Part shown: positions 9,393-19,613 of the stretch, piece after piece
Position numbering within the stretch: position 1 is the stretch's first letter
How the letters are laid out: every line of letters begins with the position of its first letter
The notes under the pieces: model-generated
What the model was told of the DNA's origin: nothing
What the model saw: the letters and a program-made list of their open reading frames with translations, nothing else
The model's database searches: none
Position numbers and translations under genes: made by a program
Assembly (NCBI GenBank): GCA_964458565.1
Contig: CAYWJO010000010.1
Location: forward strand, 1 to 64,000
Source: an uncultured archaeon
GTDB taxonomy: Archaea > Asgardarchaeota > Thorarchaeia > Thorarchaeales > Thorarchaeaceae
DNA length: 64,000 nucleotides
Direction: 5' to 3'

Positions 9393-10637
9393 ATGGTTAC
9401 AACCATGATTATGCAACGAATGAGTGTTGCAATGGAATACGGGGTCATTCTGAAATGGCTCAAGAATGAGGGAGATGTATTGAAGAAGGGAGACCTCGTT
9501 GTTGAAATCTTCGGAGAGAAGAATGAATTTGAATTAGAAGCCCCAGCAGATGGGATATTACTAAAGATTCTCTGTGACGTCAATGATGAGATTCCTATTA
9601 GTGAACCTATTGCAATCATTGGTGAAAAGGATGAAAAAATTCCTGATATCAAGCCTAAGAAGCTAAATGAAGCAGGTGTCATTACGCCTTCAATACCATT
9701 ACAATCTCAAGCACAAAAGCAAGAAACAACAACTACCAAGACAAAGAGAGCGGTAGAAACTGCATCACTCCTTCCTACTGGAAAAATCAAGGCATCTCCA
9801 AGAGCTAAAAAGAAAGCAAAGGAAATGGGCATTGATTTGAAAATGGTTGCTGGAACAGGACCTGAAGGTCGAATTATCGAAAAGGATGTAATCGCTGGTG
9901 AATCCACTTCAATGGTTGTTAAAACAGCACCTCCATCCGATGAAAGAAATGTCCGTAAAATCGAAACAATGACACCCCTCAGAAGAACAATCTCAAGGCG
10001 CATGACCCAAAGTTCACACAATCCCCACATCACAATGATAACAGAGATTGATATGACTGAGGTCGCAGCACTTAGAAAAGAACTCAATCAGAAGATTGAG
10101 AAGAAACATGGTATACGAGTTTCATTCAATGACATCATTGTAAAAGCAGTTGCTGATACGTTAGAACACTTTCCAAAATTCAATGCGATGCTCAGCGGTA
10201 ACGATCTATACATCTTCGATGATATTCATATAGGTGTGGCAATGGCAACCGATGATGGATTGATAGTACCTGTTGTGAGAAATGCTAACAAAAAATCCAT
10301 CACAGAGATAGCAATGGAAACAAAAGAAATGGGGAAGAGAGCTAAGAATAATGAGTTGAAAGCAGAGGAGTTAACGGGAAGTACATTTACCGTATCTAAC
10401 CTTGGACCATTCGAAGTAGACCTCTTTATTCCTGTGATTAACCCTCCTGAAACAGCGATTCTTGCATTAGGGCAAATAAAGAAACAACCCGTTATCATTG
10501 AGGACGTGATTGCCATACGACATATGATGATGGCAAGTTGCGCTGTAGATCATAGAATTCTCGATGGAGCACCAGCGGGGCAGTTTCTGAAAGCTCTGAA
10601 GGATATGTTAGAGAGCCCGTTCATGATGAAGATGTAG
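9393..10637 (+). CDS. dihydrolipoamide acyltransferase E2
   Basis: N-terminal lipoyl domain (WLKNEGD...EIFGEKNEFELEAP), peripheral subunit-binding domain ASPRAKK..GTGPEGRI, catalytic DHRILDG. Confidence 0.93.
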   Translation: MVTTMIMQRMSVAMEYGVILKWLKNEGDVLKKGDLVVEIFGEKNEFELEAPADGILLKILCDVNDEIPISEPIAIIGEKDEKIPDIKPKKLNEAGVITPSIPLQSQAQKQETTTTKTKRAVETASLLPTGKIKASPRAKKKAKEMGIDLKMVAGTGPEGRIIEKDVIAGESTSMVVKTAPPSDERNVRKIETMTPLRRTISRRMTQSSHNPHITMITEIDMTEVAALRKELNQKIEKKHGIRVSFNDIIVKAVADTLEHFPKFNAMLSGNDLYIFDDIHIGVAMATDDGLIVPVVRNANKKSITEIAMETKEMGKRAKNNELKAEELTGSTFTVSNLGPFEVDLFIPVINPPETAILALGQIKKQPVIIEDVIAIRHMMMASCAVDHRILDGAPAGQFLKALKDMLESPFMMKM

Positions 10638-10835
10638 AGGTGCGCTGATAAATGAATTTCAAAACGCAGGTTGTCAAAGTTGTGCTTGGCGTTCTTGCTT
10701 TCCTAGGCGTGCATTGCATGCTTTCAGGATAATTGCCACTTCAATCTTGTTCAAATTATTATGAAAGTTGATAATAAGATAGAATCATCCAAACGATTAT
10801 TTCCTTTCACACAAAAGAAATCATAGTGGGTTGAG

Positions 10836-11174
10836 ATGATACAATCAAAGCAATGCCCAAAATGTGGTGGTGGTAACATTGCTGGACCGCACAATGTCCA
10901 CGGAGGAGAACATCATATCAGGATTGACCTTCCTGGATTTCCAACAGCAACACTAATCGCGTTTACCTGTGCAAAATGTGGCTATACAGAAATGTACAGC
11001 GACAGTGGAGGGTTAAACAATATCCGAAGCTCGTCACGATGGTATTCACGCGAGATGGATTCAGGACCCGGGTATGAAGTTGTACCCACAACTAGAGGTA
11101 GAAAATGTGCCGTCTGTGGTACAATCATAGAAGGAAATGATAGATACTGTCCTGAATGTGGGAGTATGATTTAG
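10836..11174 (+). CDS. double zinc-ribbon protein
   Basis: CPKC, CAKC, CAVC, CPEC. Confidence 0.7.
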   Translation: MIQSKQCPKCGGGNIAGPHNVHGGEHHIRIDLPGFPTATLIAFTCAKCGYTEMYSDSGGLNNIRSSSRWYSREMDSGPGYEVVPTTRGRKCAVCGTIIEGNDRYCPECGSMI

Positions 11175-11244
11175 AACTTTTCTAGAGATGAAGAGGAGTC
11201 ATCTAAATAAGCCAACATATCATATGATTCGTGAGTGGATCTTT

Positions 11245-12045
11245 ATGCGTTGGCGGCTTCTTCCTAGATATGACGCAGATATTAAGTTCCAACTCGCTGT
11301 AGATGAAGCTCAGGCAAGGTTGGCAACAAAACTACAAGAGAAGGCTAATACACTACGATTCTGGGTGGATCACAAGTCCGTTGTGATTGGAAGACTACAG
11401 TGTGTTCACAAAGAAGTGAATTTTGAATATTGCAAAACCAATGGGATTAATATTGCTAGAAGATTTACAGGAGGCGGAGCAGTATTTCACGATAAAGGTA
11501 ATCTGAATTTCACGTTATGCATGATTCAAGAAGATCCAAGAGTGCCAAGAAGACTGCCAGAGGTCTATGAGAAATATATCAATGGAATTACCATTGGATT
11601 GAATGAGATTGGAATACCAGTCAAATATGACGAAAATCGATTTTGTCTTAGAATTGGAAAAAAGAAAGTCACAGGAACGGCTGGATGGATGAAGCAGGGG
11701 GTTTCATTTATTCACGGCACTCTGTTAATCAATACAAATCTGGAAATGTTGAAGAAAGCACTATCACCACCAGAAAATCAACAGGTGTATCAGAGAGACA
11801 GGACTCGGGTAAGATGCAAGGGTAGCATGCAAGATATTGTAACCAATATCGCAGATGAAAAAATCGATTGTCCCTCAGAGGGATTCATTATTGAAGGAAT
11901 AATCAAGGGACTGGAAAGGACTATTGGAGATACGATAGAGAAAGATGAGTTCAGTCAAATGGAGGTTGATACCGCACAGTCTTTATACCATTCGAGATAC
12001 CAGAAGTCAGAGTGGAATCTGGGTACTCCAATACCCTTCAATTGA
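11245..12045 (+). CDS. lplA: lipoate-protein ligase A (catalytic domain)
   Basis: RRFTGGGAVFHD.GNLN, KKVTGTA, HGTLL; start moved to ATG 11245. Confidence 0.9.
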   Translation: MRWRLLPRYDADIKFQLAVDEAQARLATKLQEKANTLRFWVDHKSVVIGRLQCVHKEVNFEYCKTNGINIARRFTGGGAVFHDKGNLNFTLCMIQEDPRVPRRLPEVYEKYINGITIGLNEIGIPVKYDENRFCLRIGKKKVTGTAGWMKQGVSFIHGTLLINTNLEMLKKALSPPENQQVYQRDRTRVRCKGSMQDIVTNIADEKIDCPSEGFIIEGIIKGLERTIGDTIEKDEFSQMEVDTAQSLYHSRYQKSEWNLGTPIPFN

Positions 12046-12059
12046 TTGAGTTGAGAAAT

Positions 12060-12404
12060 ATGACAGAAGACGTGGAACAGAAACTGAAGAGTTTCCAGCG
12101 ACATTTTGGTGCTTTGAATCGGGATATTCCTGAAACTCGAAACGCGTACACAGACATGTTGAAGACAGTTCATAAGGATGGTGCATTGTCAGCAAAGTTC
12201 AAAGAAATCATCTGTATTGTAGCTGCAATTCTTGCACCGTGCGAATCATGTATGGTTTATCATACAAAACAAGCTATCTCTGCGGGAGCGACACGAGAAG
12301 AAATCATGGAAGCTTGTGCAGTTGCCATTGTGATGGGTGGTGGACCTGCTGCATCACACATTGCCACTGTTCAAGATTGTTTGGATGCTTGGGCACCAAA
12401 GTAA
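12060..12404 (+). CDS. carboxymuconolactone decarboxylase / AhpD-like protein
   Basis: GALSAKFKEII..., CESCMVYH, A..AGATREEI, MGGGPA; start moved to ATG 12060. Confidence 0.88.
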   Translation: MTEDVEQKLKSFQRHFGALNRDIPETRNAYTDMLKTVHKDGALSAKFKEIICIVAAILAPCESCMVYHTKQAISAGATREEIMEACAVAIVMGGGPAASHIATVQDCLDAWAPK

Positions 12405-12424
12405 GAATGAATGAGTGGTATTTA

Positions 12425-13465
12425 TTATTCTAAATCAGTGAATAGGACTTTGATAGCCTGTTGTGATTCCATCAATTCGAATCCAGTTTGCCATTCACCT
12501 AAATCCAGTTTATGTGTAATCAGTGGTTTTACATCTACTTGGCCGCTATCCAGTAAACGAAGGGTTTTGACCCAAGAAGATGGAAGAGTACCCCAGAATC
12601 CAGTCATTGTTAGTTCTTTTTCGAGCATTCTATCCAGATTGAGTTTGGACTCACTTCCTTGAACCCCAACAAGGCCCACATGACCAGCAATTCTCACAAA
12701 CTCAAGTGCTTGAGCTCTTGCAGATCCAGCACCGGAACATTCAATGACAACATCTGCACCAAGTCCACCGGTCTGTTCTTTGATGAGTTCTAATGGATTT
12801 GTTTCAAGCACATCAATTGTCAAATCCACACCTAATTTCTTTGCAATTTCAAAACGAGTTCTATCAGTTGATACACCTGTCGTTATGACATTGGCAGCAC
12901 CCATGGCTTTTGCAATTTGAATTGCTAAGAGACCCATCGTACCGGGTCCTTGAATTACCACCGTATCTCCAGGAGTAATAGGAGTGGTTTCAAGAACTCC
13001 ATGCACTGCACATGCAGTAGGCTCCGCTAGTGCTGCTTCTTCAAGTGATACACCGTTGGGAATTTTGTGCACAATGTATTCAGGAACGACAAGATGACTA
13101 GCAAAGGCCCCGTTTGCCCTAGAAACTCCCAATACTCGCCTATTCTCATCGGTACATCGATTCATGTGACCAGTCTTGCATTGAAAACATTGTCCACAGT
13201 AAGCCGTCGCAGGAGAAACAACCAAGTCCCCGAGTTGAATGTTTTTTACGTCATTCCCAACTCCAACTACAGTGCCTGAGTACTCATGCCCCATAATCAC
13301 AGGAGCCGTATAGTGTATTTGATCGTGTTTAATGTGTAAATCAGTTCCACAAATACCAGCAGCAGCAATCTCCACAAGAACTTCATTCTTAGAAGGAATT
13401 GGTTTCTCAACCGTTCTAAGTTCAATATTATCAGGCCCATGAGCCGTTTTCATAAGACCGCGCAC
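12425..13465 (-). CDS. zinc-dependent medium-chain alcohol/polyol dehydrogenase
   Basis: GICGTDLH, GHE, CGQCFQC..C structural zinc site, GPGTMG NAD-binding motif. Confidence 0.92.
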   Translation of the reverse strand: MRGLMKTAHGPDNIELRTVEKPIPSKNEVLVEIAAAGICGTDLHIKHDQIHYTAPVIMGHEYSGTVVGVGNDVKNIQLGDLVVSPATAYCGQCFQCKTGHMNRCTDENRRVLGVSRANGAFASHLVVPEYIVHKIPNGVSLEEAALAEPTACAVHGVLETTPITPGDTVVIQGPGTMGLLAIQIAKAMGAANVITTGVSTDRTRFEIAKKLGVDLTIDVLETNPLELIKEQTGGLGADVVIECSGAGSARAQALEFVRIAGHVGLVGVQGSESKLNLDRMLEKELTMTGFWGTLPSSWVKTLRLLDSGQVDVKPLITHKLDLGEWQTGFELMESQQAIKVLFTDLE

Positions 13466-13521
13466 TTACTCTGACCTCACGTGGTAGAAAGATACAGGGT
13501 TATAGAAGGTTTGCGGAGTGA

Positions 13522-13836
13522 CTAGGGAGAGGTAGTTGTCTTTTCTAATTCAGGTTCGGATGTGGATGAATCTAATATATGAAAGAAGATGTTGGGCTCA
13601 TCACCCTCATCAATACTTGTGACTTTGTAGTGCACACTAAGGTCGGATTTTACAGTAGAAGCTGTCTGTGCCCCAACAAATCTAAGCCTAACATTAGCGC
13701 TATTCCCCAGCCATACAAAGATATTTCGATTTGAATGATCAACCACACAATAAACCTTTGCTGAATCTAAAGTTCCTCGTTTCACGTCAACTTCTGCATG
13801 AGTTCCATCACCGAGTACTTCAAAACCATTGACCAT
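13522..13836 (-). CDS. single-domain gelsolin-like protein (actin regulator)
   Basis: LDSAKVYCVVD...IFVWLGNSA..RLRFVGAQTA...V.SIDEGDEP..F matches the gelsolin repeat consensus (D.filD...vfvW.G..s...a.....v.eg.Ep..F). Confidence 0.8.
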   Translation of the reverse strand: MVNGFEVLGDGTHAEVDVKRGTLDSAKVYCVVDHSNRNIFVWLGNSANVRLRFVGAQTASTVKSDLSVHYKVTSIDEGDEPNIFFHILDSSTSEPELEKTTTSP

Positions 13837-13961
13837 ACAAATTCATCCTTCTATTATACTAAGAAGATATGTAATACCAAATGGTATACCATGAGTTGTT
13901 TAATTTGAAATAGATAATAACTTTGTGGAGACATTAAACGCGTTTGGCATCGAAAGAACGA

Positions 13962-14324
13962 CTAAATATTCTCGAATGTTGCTCTGACAGTACCACCACA
14001 GTAGTTACACTGAGCTTCCATTGGTCCGACCCAATCTATTCCTTCATGTGAGAGGGCTGCTCCACAAGATGGACATCTTTCCGGTAGACGAACAGTCTTC
14101 ATCACTGAACCATCGGAGCGAGTACGACCTTGATGACTTTCAGGAATCACAAAGGAAGGTGCTTGAATAGTAAAACCTGATGTTACCTGCTGCCCTGCGC
14201 GGCAAATTCCTGCAGCAACGATGATAATAATAACAAAAATAAAAATCGGAATTACGAAAAAGAAGATACTAAATATATCGAAGAAATCAAAAAAATCAAA
14301 GAAGGTATTAAATTGCACATTCAT
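13962..14324 (-). CDS. membrane protein with C-terminal zinc ribbon
   Basis: Long hydrophobic stretch then CPSC...CNYC; start probably ATG 14324. Confidence 0.65.
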   Translation of the reverse strand: MNVQFNTFFDFFDFFDIFSIFFFVIPIFIFVIIIIVAAGICRAGQQVTSGFTIQAPSFVIPESHQGRTRSDGSVMKTVRLPERCPSCGAALSHEGIDWVGPMEAQCNYCGGTVRATFENI

Positions 14325-14387
14325 TTCCTCGCTTGTTTTTACACAGGATGAAGCGAATGGCATTCAGTATATTAAGCTTGGCTCAGA

Positions 14388-15365
14388 CTACTCGGCACTC
14401 TCTTCTTCAGCTCGAATGGAGATTGATTTCGCAAAAAATTGCAGACTTATGGCAAGCATCCCGAGCCCAAAGACTATTCCTGTCAGTGTAGGAAAGAGCA
14501 GATTAGACCCAGTAAGACCCAGGTACACGAGTAGAAGTCCGATTCCGTCTCCTACAATGAGATGAAGCAATCCACCTAAAAGCGTCATAGCCCTGAAAGC
14601 CACCTTTCGGGGAAACTTCATGGAAATGACACGTCCAGATGCACCATCAACTAGTGCATGATAAGATCGTATTCCGTATTTATATTTGAGATTCCAGACT
14701 GGAACATGAACTAAGAATATGGCAGGTGTCTTCAAGTCCCCATCCATCTTGGTGATTCTGTCAACTTCCTTCTTTGCTTCGTCTTGTAAGAATACAGCCA
14801 TCTCGCCCTTTGCAGATTCTATCGCAAAATCCCGGTCCACATCAGCTTGTTGAAGATGTGCACCTACTTCCAAAATCAAATCTTTGTTGAAGAACTCCTT
14901 ACGTTTTGTTGGAATTACATAACTCGTTAGGAAACCTGGCATGTTACTTGTTGCAGGGATAGCGATATCTCGTTCAGCCTCTAGATGTCCTGTTTCCGGA
15001 ACGCTCTCAGAACGCATTCTTGGAGCAACACCATCGGTTCCAAAGCGGGGTTTACTTTGGGTACCTGTGTAATTAGCGATTGCTTCAACCTCAACCACCC
15101 AGAATGGATAGAATGTTACTTCAGCCTGTTGAATTTCGGTATTCTCTTCTAAGTCTTTGGGAGCACCCAGCTGTTTCATAGCCCAAGCTAACATTTTTTC
15201 GGATGCTTGCTCAGAGGTATATTGAAGTCGCATGATATAATGCTCTTTGAATATCTCACCACTGTGTACCTGAATTGTTGTTCCGCAGTACATACAGACA
15301 ATTACGCTTCTCTGTGAGGGAATATCAAATGGCCCATCACAATTCGGACACCTCATATTCTTCAT
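14388..15365 (-). CDS. zinc-ribbon membrane protein (paralog A)
   Basis: CPNC/CMYC at N-terminus, YPFW and HVPVW...VDGASG motifs, two C-terminal TM helices. Confidence 0.7.
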   Translation of the reverse strand: MKNMRCPNCDGPFDIPSQRSVIVCMYCGTTIQVHSGEIFKEHYIMRLQYTSEQASEKMLAWAMKQLGAPKDLEENTEIQQAEVTFYPFWVVEVEAIANYTGTQSKPRFGTDGVAPRMRSESVPETGHLEAERDIAIPATSNMPGFLTSYVIPTKRKEFFNKDLILEVGAHLQQADVDRDFAIESAKGEMAVFLQDEAKKEVDRITKMDGDLKTPAIFLVHVPVWNLKYKYGIRSYHALVDGASGRVISMKFPRKVAFRAMTLLGGLLHLIVGDGIGLLLVYLGLTGSNLLFPTLTGIVFGLGMLAISLQFFAKSISIRAEEESAE

Positions 15366-16426
15366 TTGAATCGCCCCAATATGTCATCGATGATACCTGA
15401 TAACGAGAAATGCTTCTTACGTTCCTCTGCATCAGCATTCATACATACCTCGTAATTCAAAACGGCACCAATGATTCTGTAAGAGCCCAGCCATAATATT
15501 ATACCAAGTAGTCCCAGAACCAATGGAATCGCAATGATTTCACCCTCATTATCGTCACTAGCCGATAAAATGAGGACTGTGATGTAAGGAAGTGCCTGGA
15601 TGATAAGTGCCGCCAATGTCAGCATGGAAATACTTGTGATCCATTTCTTCGCGCGATATAGCTTGGTAATTGGTAACTCACCTAATACTACATTACCAGT
15701 CCCACCTGAAACAGCAACTCGATAGGTGCCATTCTGATATGAGTAACGGACAAGCCAGTAAGGAGCATGAACATAATCTGCAAATCTGATATCCATACCC
15801 AACCTGTAGTCATAGAGTTTATCCATTTCTTCCTCCAAACGTTTTCGATCCCTATCAGTTCTACGCGACTTAGCACGAGGAAGAGAGTCCCGATCATCGA
15901 TTTCGGAATTCAGTATTGGGGCTGAATTAGTTGAAGTCATTTCAAATTCAGTGGTTGTGACATCATCGAGTGAAGCTATGAATTCTTGAATTCCGAAACT
16001 TGAGGCATACCTTCTAGCTAAAACCCATTCCACACCAACCTCATCGAAACGACCCTCTTTCTTTCTCCAAAGCTTCTGATCGCCTCTACTAAATTGCTCA
16101 CCGCCCATGTAGTATATATCACAGATTCCTTCAACTCGAAATAAAGGAATCCATTGTAATCGGGGTTCCTCAAGTACAATATCCTTTATTACTCCACGAC
16201 CCACAGATTTTGAAGCAGCGTATTCTAACCATTTCAGAACTGCTTTTTTTGCTTGAGCATTAGTAAGCTTGTTAGGAACCAGAAGATGTTTCTTCATCTC
16301 ATTGCCACCAACAACAAAGGTGAACCCGCAATATGGACAAGTAGCAATCACATCATCAGCCCCAAGAGGATAGGGACCATTACATTTCTGGCAACGGTAT
16401 TGCTCGATTCCTTTAGTTGCAATCAA
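15362..16426 (-). CDS. zinc-ribbon membrane protein (paralog B)
   Basis: CQKC/CPYC at N-terminus, WIPLF and HAPYW...VSGGTG motifs, two C-terminal TM helices; 4-nt overlap with paralog A. Confidence 0.7.
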   Translation of the reverse strand: MIATKGIEQYRCQKCNGPYPLGADDVIATCPYCGFTFVVGGNEMKKHLLVPNKLTNAQAKKAVLKWLEYAASKSVGRGVIKDIVLEEPRLQWIPLFRVEGICDIYYMGGEQFSRGDQKLWRKKEGRFDEVGVEWVLARRYASSFGIQEFIASLDDVTTTEFEMTSTNSAPILNSEIDDRDSLPRAKSRRTDRDRKRLEEEMDKLYDYRLGMDIRFADYVHAPYWLVRYSYQNGTYRVAVSGGTGNVVLGELPITKLYRAKKWITSISMLTLAALIIQALPYITVLILSASDDNEGEIIAIPLVLGLLGIILWLGSYRIIGAVLNYEVCMNADAEERKKHFSLSGIIDDILGRFK

Positions 16427-16574
16427 TCATACTCACCACTGAATACCTTCCTCTAATCATATCGGAAGTGCTAAGAATAACCACTCTTTGCCTATTCTGT
16501 GTAGTTCAAAACGTATAAAAGTTAGCCAGAGGAAATTACTGCTATAAGGACCAATTACCGGAGGCGTAAAAAAT

Positions 16575-16934
16575 ATGCAAATACCAGCGTTTCTTTTAAG
16601 AAAGCTCTACGTAAAAGGCAGTTTAGAAAATGTTGACGACGGGTTTGTCTTCAAACTGAAAAATCCACTCTCACCAGGTACAGCAATCAGTATGAAACCA
16701 ATAAAAATTGGTGAAACAGAATATCCTCTTGACGCATTAACAATTTCTTCGGAGGGTACTGAAATCAAAGCTACAGAGATTTCAGAATCGAATGCATTCC
16801 CAATCAAAGTTGGAGTAGAGATTAACCTCCATATTGCTGGAGAACCATTGCCAGAGGGAGAGCACCAAGTCTTCGTTAGCATTAAGACTAAAGAAGCAGG
16901 CTCGCTTGCATTTGACTTTACAGATGCAATTTAA
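16575..16934 (+). CDS. conserved hypothetical beta-sandwich protein
   Basis: GGAGG SD upstream; LLRKLYVKGSLEN..GF.FKLKN beta-rich pattern. Confidence 0.65.
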   Translation: MQIPAFLLRKLYVKGSLENVDDGFVFKLKNPLSPGTAISMKPIKIGETEYPLDALTISSEGTEIKATEISESNAFPIKVGVEINLHIAGEPLPEGEHQVFVSIKTKEAGSLAFDFTDAI

Positions 16935-17048
16935 TTCGTTTTTAGGTTTGCAGTGGGTCTTAGACCCCCTGCCTATTCATTTTCCATATGAAAACCATTT
17001 CCGCAACAATTTTCAATACACGTGTTACTCCAAATATTGGGATTTTCA

Positions 17049-17956
17049 TGTACGTAAAGATACGTTCGGATGGTGCTATTGGAATCGCAAGAGGTTCTGA
17101 AGGCGAAGCAGAAATCGCAATTGGATATGGAGAGGCTCACATGATTGCTGCAGCGCTAGAAAAACTAGCACAAACAGCACGCAGTTACAAACAGACCTAC
17201 AAGAAAACAACAGACATTGGAGCTGGAAATCGAATTGATTTTGAACGCTCAGAAGATGGAGTTGTGACCATCATAGGAGATGGTCAGAGGTATATCTGTA
17301 GTGAATCAGAAGTAAGAGAATTAGCTAAGATGCTTCAAAAGCTACCACCAATTGAAACTAAACCGGCTTCTGACTATGTAGACAAAATGCCACGAAGAGG
17401 TGACTTCTGCATCTCAGTCAGAAATAACCAAGATTCTTTGACAATGACACTTCCTGAAGCTGCACTCGTAAGAACCGCAATTGCCGCAAGCTTAAACGGT
17501 AGGTATTATGAAGAACATATAACCATGAGTGAAAGAGTCGTCAGCGTCCTCAGATCTAGCAACCTGAAATGGTCGATTTCCTCAGATAGTAATGCTGTGA
17601 AGTTCACTGCTTATGAAGTTGAAACACTCTTGAATGGGTTCAATAACGCCATTTTAGATGTAATCATGGACAATGTAAAATCATTAGGCTCAGATGATAT
17701 TGCAGATATTAGAGTGAAGAGTCACATTCAGAGAATGGAACAAGACACAGCGAAAGCTCTGGAAGAATATAAGAATGCTGGAAATGTTGTAAGAGAACTT
17801 ACAAAACGCACGAAGAAGATACTTGGAACAAGTATGGACGCAGATATGAGAGTGCAAGAATTCGTCAAGATGTGTCAATTTGTTCACAAGTCGGTTGATC
17901 CAAAGTTCAGGGATCCACTCTTCAAATTATTCTCGACCGTATTTGTTCCTGGCTAG
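17049..17956 (+). CDS. hypothetical protein
   Basis: Long ORF with normal composition; probable start ATG 17049 (MYVKIR), ORF open from 16988. Confidence 0.65.
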
Positions 17957-17992
17957 AACGAGCATCTATCTTTGCAACGGTAAGCCTTATGA

Positions 17993-18922
17993 TTGAGTCA
18001 TTGTGCTTTCAAAATCAATCAGCAATGGATGGTAAAATTAGTGTCAGGGTCAGGATATCTAACTCAACTTGCTAGAAGATGGGGAAGAAGAGGACCGGGC
18101 CAATTCTACAAGATGCTAAAATTGCATCGTACACCATTTAATCAGATACTTGAAAACATGTATGAAATTCTCGAAGAGTATGAAGGAAAATTCACCTATC
18201 CCACGATTGCATCAATCGCTAGAACAAAACCTCAATTGGTGAGGGAGATTGAACGCGAAGGGCATGAAGTTGCTAGCCATGGATATAATCATGTGAGATA
18301 TCCAACTATTACGTATCAGGAACGTGAACGCGATCTCAGTCTTAGTCTCCAAATCTTTAGAAAAATTGGTGTTAAAATCAATGGATTTAGAGCGCCTTAT
18401 GACAACTATACAGACGACATGGTGGGGTTGCTCGATAAGACGAGCCTCATTTGGGACGGAGGATACGGGTATCGACCTGAATATCGTGAGAGTAATACAT
18501 TCTTCACCAAAGAAGTCGAAGGAGTACCATCATCAATCACATTCATTCCGCTCAATCAATGGAGTGATGATAAAATGATTGACACAATGGGAATGAATCC
18601 TGAGCAAGTGAGTAAAAGACTCAGAATTGAAGTTGAGAAAGAATCATTACGGGGAGGCGTCATCATGTTTGACCTTCACCCCATTAGAATTGGGCAGAAG
18701 AAATTCGTAGGTTGTTTGAGAGATGTATTGGAGCATACCAAAAATCTCAATGGATGGTCAACAACACCAACAGAAGCAATCACATACTGGAAGAAACATA
18801 GAAAATGGAAAAATGACTACAGATTTTGTTTGTTACTCACCGGAGATATAGACAATTGGGGATTCTCAGATTACTTGAGACGAACTCTTCTAAAGCGATA
18901 TATGAACAAGGGTACATACTGA
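17993..18922 (+). CDS. polysaccharide deacetylase family protein (CE4/NodB-like)
   Basis: HEVASHGYNH metal motif, GFRAPY, FDLHP; true start may be slightly downstream. Confidence 0.8.
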   Translation: MSHCAFKINQQWMVKLVSGSGYLTQLARRWGRRGPGQFYKMLKLHRTPFNQILENMYEILEEYEGKFTYPTIASIARTKPQLVREIEREGHEVASHGYNHVRYPTITYQERERDLSLSLQIFRKIGVKINGFRAPYDNYTDDMVGLLDKTSLIWDGGYGYRPEYRESNTFFTKEVEGVPSSITFIPLNQWSDDKMIDTMGMNPEQVSKRLRIEVEKESLRGGVIMFDLHPIRIGQKKFVGCLRDVLEHTKNLNGWSTTPTEAITYWKKHRKWKNDYRFCLLLTGDIDNWGFSDYLRRTLLKRYMNKGTY

Positions 18923-18931
18923 GGGAATCTT

Positions 18932-19378
18932 ATGGGAAAATTCATGGGACGCATATGGCGAATATTAGCATGGCTAGCTCCTGTTTATCAATTTAGGGTA
19001 GCAATGCATCGGAAATGTGGAGTAAAGATTGGAAAGGGAGTTTTCATTGGTGCAAATGTAATCATTGATAGTGAATATCCTGAATATGTCGAGATTGGCG
19101 ATTGGGCAGCAATCGGTCCAGGGGCTATGATTATGACACACTCTGGTGCGAGTCAATATCACCAGAAACTGAAAATCTATCATGAGGGACCCAAAAAGGT
19201 AGTTATTGAGAGGGGTGCATGGGTAGCTAGTGGTGCCATAGTGCTTCCAGGAGTAACAATTGGAGAAGGCGCGATTGTGGCGGCAGGAGCAGTTGTGGGA
19301 CGAGACGTACCACCCATGACCTTAGTAGCAGGGAACCCAGCACGAGCTGTGCAAAAACTCGAGCGAAAAAAAGCCTAA
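18932..19378 (+). CDS. hexapeptide-repeat (left-handed beta-helix) acyltransferase
   Basis: VKIGKGVFIG, VVIERGAWVASGAIVLPGVTIGEGAIVAAGAVV, AGNPAR. Confidence 0.9.
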   Translation: MGKFMGRIWRILAWLAPVYQFRVAMHRKCGVKIGKGVFIGANVIIDSEYPEYVEIGDWAAIGPGAMIMTHSGASQYHQKLKIYHEGPKKVVIERGAWVASGAIVLPGVTIGEGAIVAAGAVVGRDVPPMTLVAGNPARAVQKLERKKA

Positions 19379-19611
19379 GCAATTTTAGAAGCTAGTACTT
19401 TTTTCAAGTCACCTACAGTCCATATCTCAACAATCTCTTCGTCCTCAAAGAATATACCAAACTGATTCTCAATTTCACTAATGAGTATGAGATGTGCCAT
19501 TGAATCCCAGGGTTCATAGTCTTTTCTTCTGAGTGAGTCCGAGATTTCTTCAATATCCAATAATAGAACTTGGGACACTATTGAGATTAGACGTTCGGTA
19601 TCTTCGGTCAT
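19375..19611 (-). CDS. acyl carrier protein
   Basis: 78 aa, acidic, WDSMAH phosphopantetheine-attachment Ser, IENQFGI, TVGDL. Confidence 0.88.
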   Translation of the reverse strand: MTEDTERLISIVSQVLLLDIEEISDSLRRKDYEPWDSMAHLILISEIENQFGIFFEDEEIVEIWTVGDLKKVLASKIA

Positions 19612-19613
19612 AA

